Shown piece after piece: positions 62,065 to 64,000 of a DNA stretch of 64,000 bases. A program made the translations under genes and the position numbers. Numbering within the stretch: the stretch's first letter is position 1; each line of letters begins with the position of its first letter. The notes beneath the pieces were generated by a model. It ran no database searches. It saw only the letters and a list, made by a program, of their open reading frames with translations, and was not told where the DNA came from. Source of the DNA: Leucoraja ocellata (taxonomy: Eukaryota); the NCBI GenBank assembly GCA_036785375.1, contig JAWMAR010000076.1:5828001-5892000 (forward strand), given 5' to 3'.

Positions 62065-63180
62065 GAGGTTGGAATGTTTAATAGCATGATGGCTACAGTG
62101 AAGAAGCTGTTCCTGAACCTAGACCTTACAGTTCTCAGGCTCCTGTACCTTCTTCCCGATGGCAGCGGTGAGATGAGTGTGTGGCCAGGATTCATACACA
62201 GCAAACAATAGTTAGCTTGGGAACTTTAAAGATGGATAGTTATAAATGGGATGGGATCTTTTAAATTTACAAATTAGACTAATTTAGATAGCCAATTTAG
62301 TTGGCAGGTAATCAGTTGAATATGTCCATTCTCTCCACAGATGTTGCCTGACCCACTGACTTCCTCCAGCACTTTATGTTTTGCACAAGATTCCAACATC
62401 TGCAGTTTCTTATGCCTTCCTGAATAGTTATTTTGTTAAGCAATCCGAGTCAGACTTGTAAGTCATAAAGTCAAACTGCTGTAAGGGAGGTCGGTTTGTG
62501 TAATGGTTTAGGCTGCGTCCTCAATTCACTGCAATTTCTTGCGGTCTTGGATGGAGCTGTTCCCAAACTAAGCTGTAATGCATCCTGATAAAATGCTTTC
62601 TGTGGTGAATCTGTAAAAGTTGGTGAGAGCTGTAGGGGACATGCTGAACTTCCCAAGCTTTCTAAGGGAGTAGAGGCATCGGTATGCTTTTTTAGCCGTT
62701 GCTTCAATATGGGTGGTCCAGGAGAAGTTGTTGGTGATAAGAGTCCTAGGAATTAGAAGTTTTCAACCATCTTTACTTTGGCACCGTCAATGCAAACTGG
62801 GGTATGTGTACCGCTTCGCTTCCTGAAGTCAATCCCAATCCCCTTTGTCTTGTTGACACTGAGAACAAAGGTGTTGTCTGGATACCATCATTTTTTTGAT
62901 ATCTAGCCCACAATGAGGGTGTCATTGAGAATTTGAAAATTGAATTAGATTTGCACAATCTTGGGCATAGAAGGAGTAAAGAAGGGGGCTGAGAACACAT
63001 CCTTGCGTATTGAGGATTATCGTAGAGAATGATTTGGCTGCTATCCTCACAGATTTGGGGCTGTTGGTCAGGAAGTCAAGGACCCAGTTGCAGAGATGAA
63101 TGCTGACACCAAGTCTAGCATGTTTGGTGATAAGGTTTGATGTTATAATGGTATTAAAGGCAGAGCTGTAGTCTATGATA
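62065..63180 (-). mobile_element. Rex1/Babar-type LINE remnants (62065-62190 and 62470-63180)
   Basis: Frameshifted [11 protein letters not shown] motif and typical 3' region gaagaagctgttcctgaacct...gtaccttcttcccgatgg. Confidence 0.7.
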
Positions 63181-64000
63181 CAAATGCTTAAAAGACTGAT
63201 AAATTGATGGGAGAAAACCTCGAGAAACCTTCAAAATTACATAACTGGTAGGTTTATTATCTTTTAAAAGTGTAGTCACCATTGTTTTAAAATATAATAT
63301 TATAAACAGTTCAAGGATGGCTATAATGCACAAAGATCAACAATAGTAAAACTGGACGTTCCTGCTCGTGTCCAAATATATTTATTTAAAATGTTTTCAA
63401 CAAACCAGCTGGTGGCTTTATATTTTAGTCCATGGGCCTTGTCTCAAAAAAAACCCCAGTCTCTCTGGATCTGATCCTGGGCTTAATTACAGATATTGGC
63501 CTTAAATCCAGAGGGGGGGGGGGGGGGGGGGGGGTCCTGGCAACTGATTGATACCTAATATCTGAACCTTAAATCTTATGTAAAGTAAGAAAATAGATCT
63601 AGTGTTTTATGGATCAATTTTTGGATGAGAAAACTCACAAAGTACTTTTTATAGAAGTGTTAATGTTGTTGTAGTGCAGGAAACACACGAGTCAATTTAA
63701 GCAAAACAAGGATCCGGATCTAACAATGCGAAACTTCCCACTGCGAATGTAAGCTGAAGGATAAACATTGAATGGAGCGCCAGGGGAAGAAACCATCACT
63801 TCATTAAGTAAGGTCATGGGATTCTTTACAAGGTTGAGGGACCTCAGTTTAGCAACATTTGAAAAATGGCACCTAATTTGTGTTCTTTGATGGGATGGGG
63901 CCTTCAAATCATAAATCTCAAGACTCTTGAGAAAGCTGTAATGAACCAACTTTCTGAACCTTTGCTGTCCCTAAAGTAAAGGAATATTTTAAGTGTTTGG

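Noticed and set aside
12857-63534. Long poly-C/poly-G runs at 12857, 22875, 31558, 42509 and 63513
   Set aside because: Simple homopolymers, mostly within repeats; lengths are unreliable in assemblies
63692-63949. Minus ORF with PGAPFNVYPSAY, superficially like the next upstream TSPN exon
   Set aside because: No phase-2 donor after a QPT-like motif, and the DNA resembles a Deu-SINE remnant; the real exon is probably outside the window

Overview
AT-rich vertebrate genomic DNA with an elasmobranch (probably skate/ray) repeat complement: CR1/HER1 LINEs with (TTTCTATG)n tails, HE1/V-SINEs, Deu-SINEs and Penelope fragments. The window holds the 3' part of a FACIT collagen gene, best matching COL12A1, on the minus strand. 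I traced by hand 16 consecutive GT-AG exons with consistent phases from 59873 down to 10876, covering TSPN/NC3, COL2, NC2, COL1 and the start of NC1. Two alternative terminal acceptors follow: a short 'SSG*' exon at 5274 and a hidden long acidic NC1 exon at 3506 inside the 3' UTR, with a probable polyA signal at about 2091. The introns contain a decayed two-LTR BEL/Pao retrotransposon with TSD, many Penelope-like pieces carrying minimal hammerhead-ribozyme motifs (some in fold-back arrangements), a candidate non-autonomous Helitron with a 150-bp tandem repeat, a Harbinger-like MITE, and Rex1 and RTE remnants. Most supplied ORFs are repeat fragments or chance ORFs. Comparisons with human, mouse or chicken proteins and with repeat consensi are from memory, not from a search.
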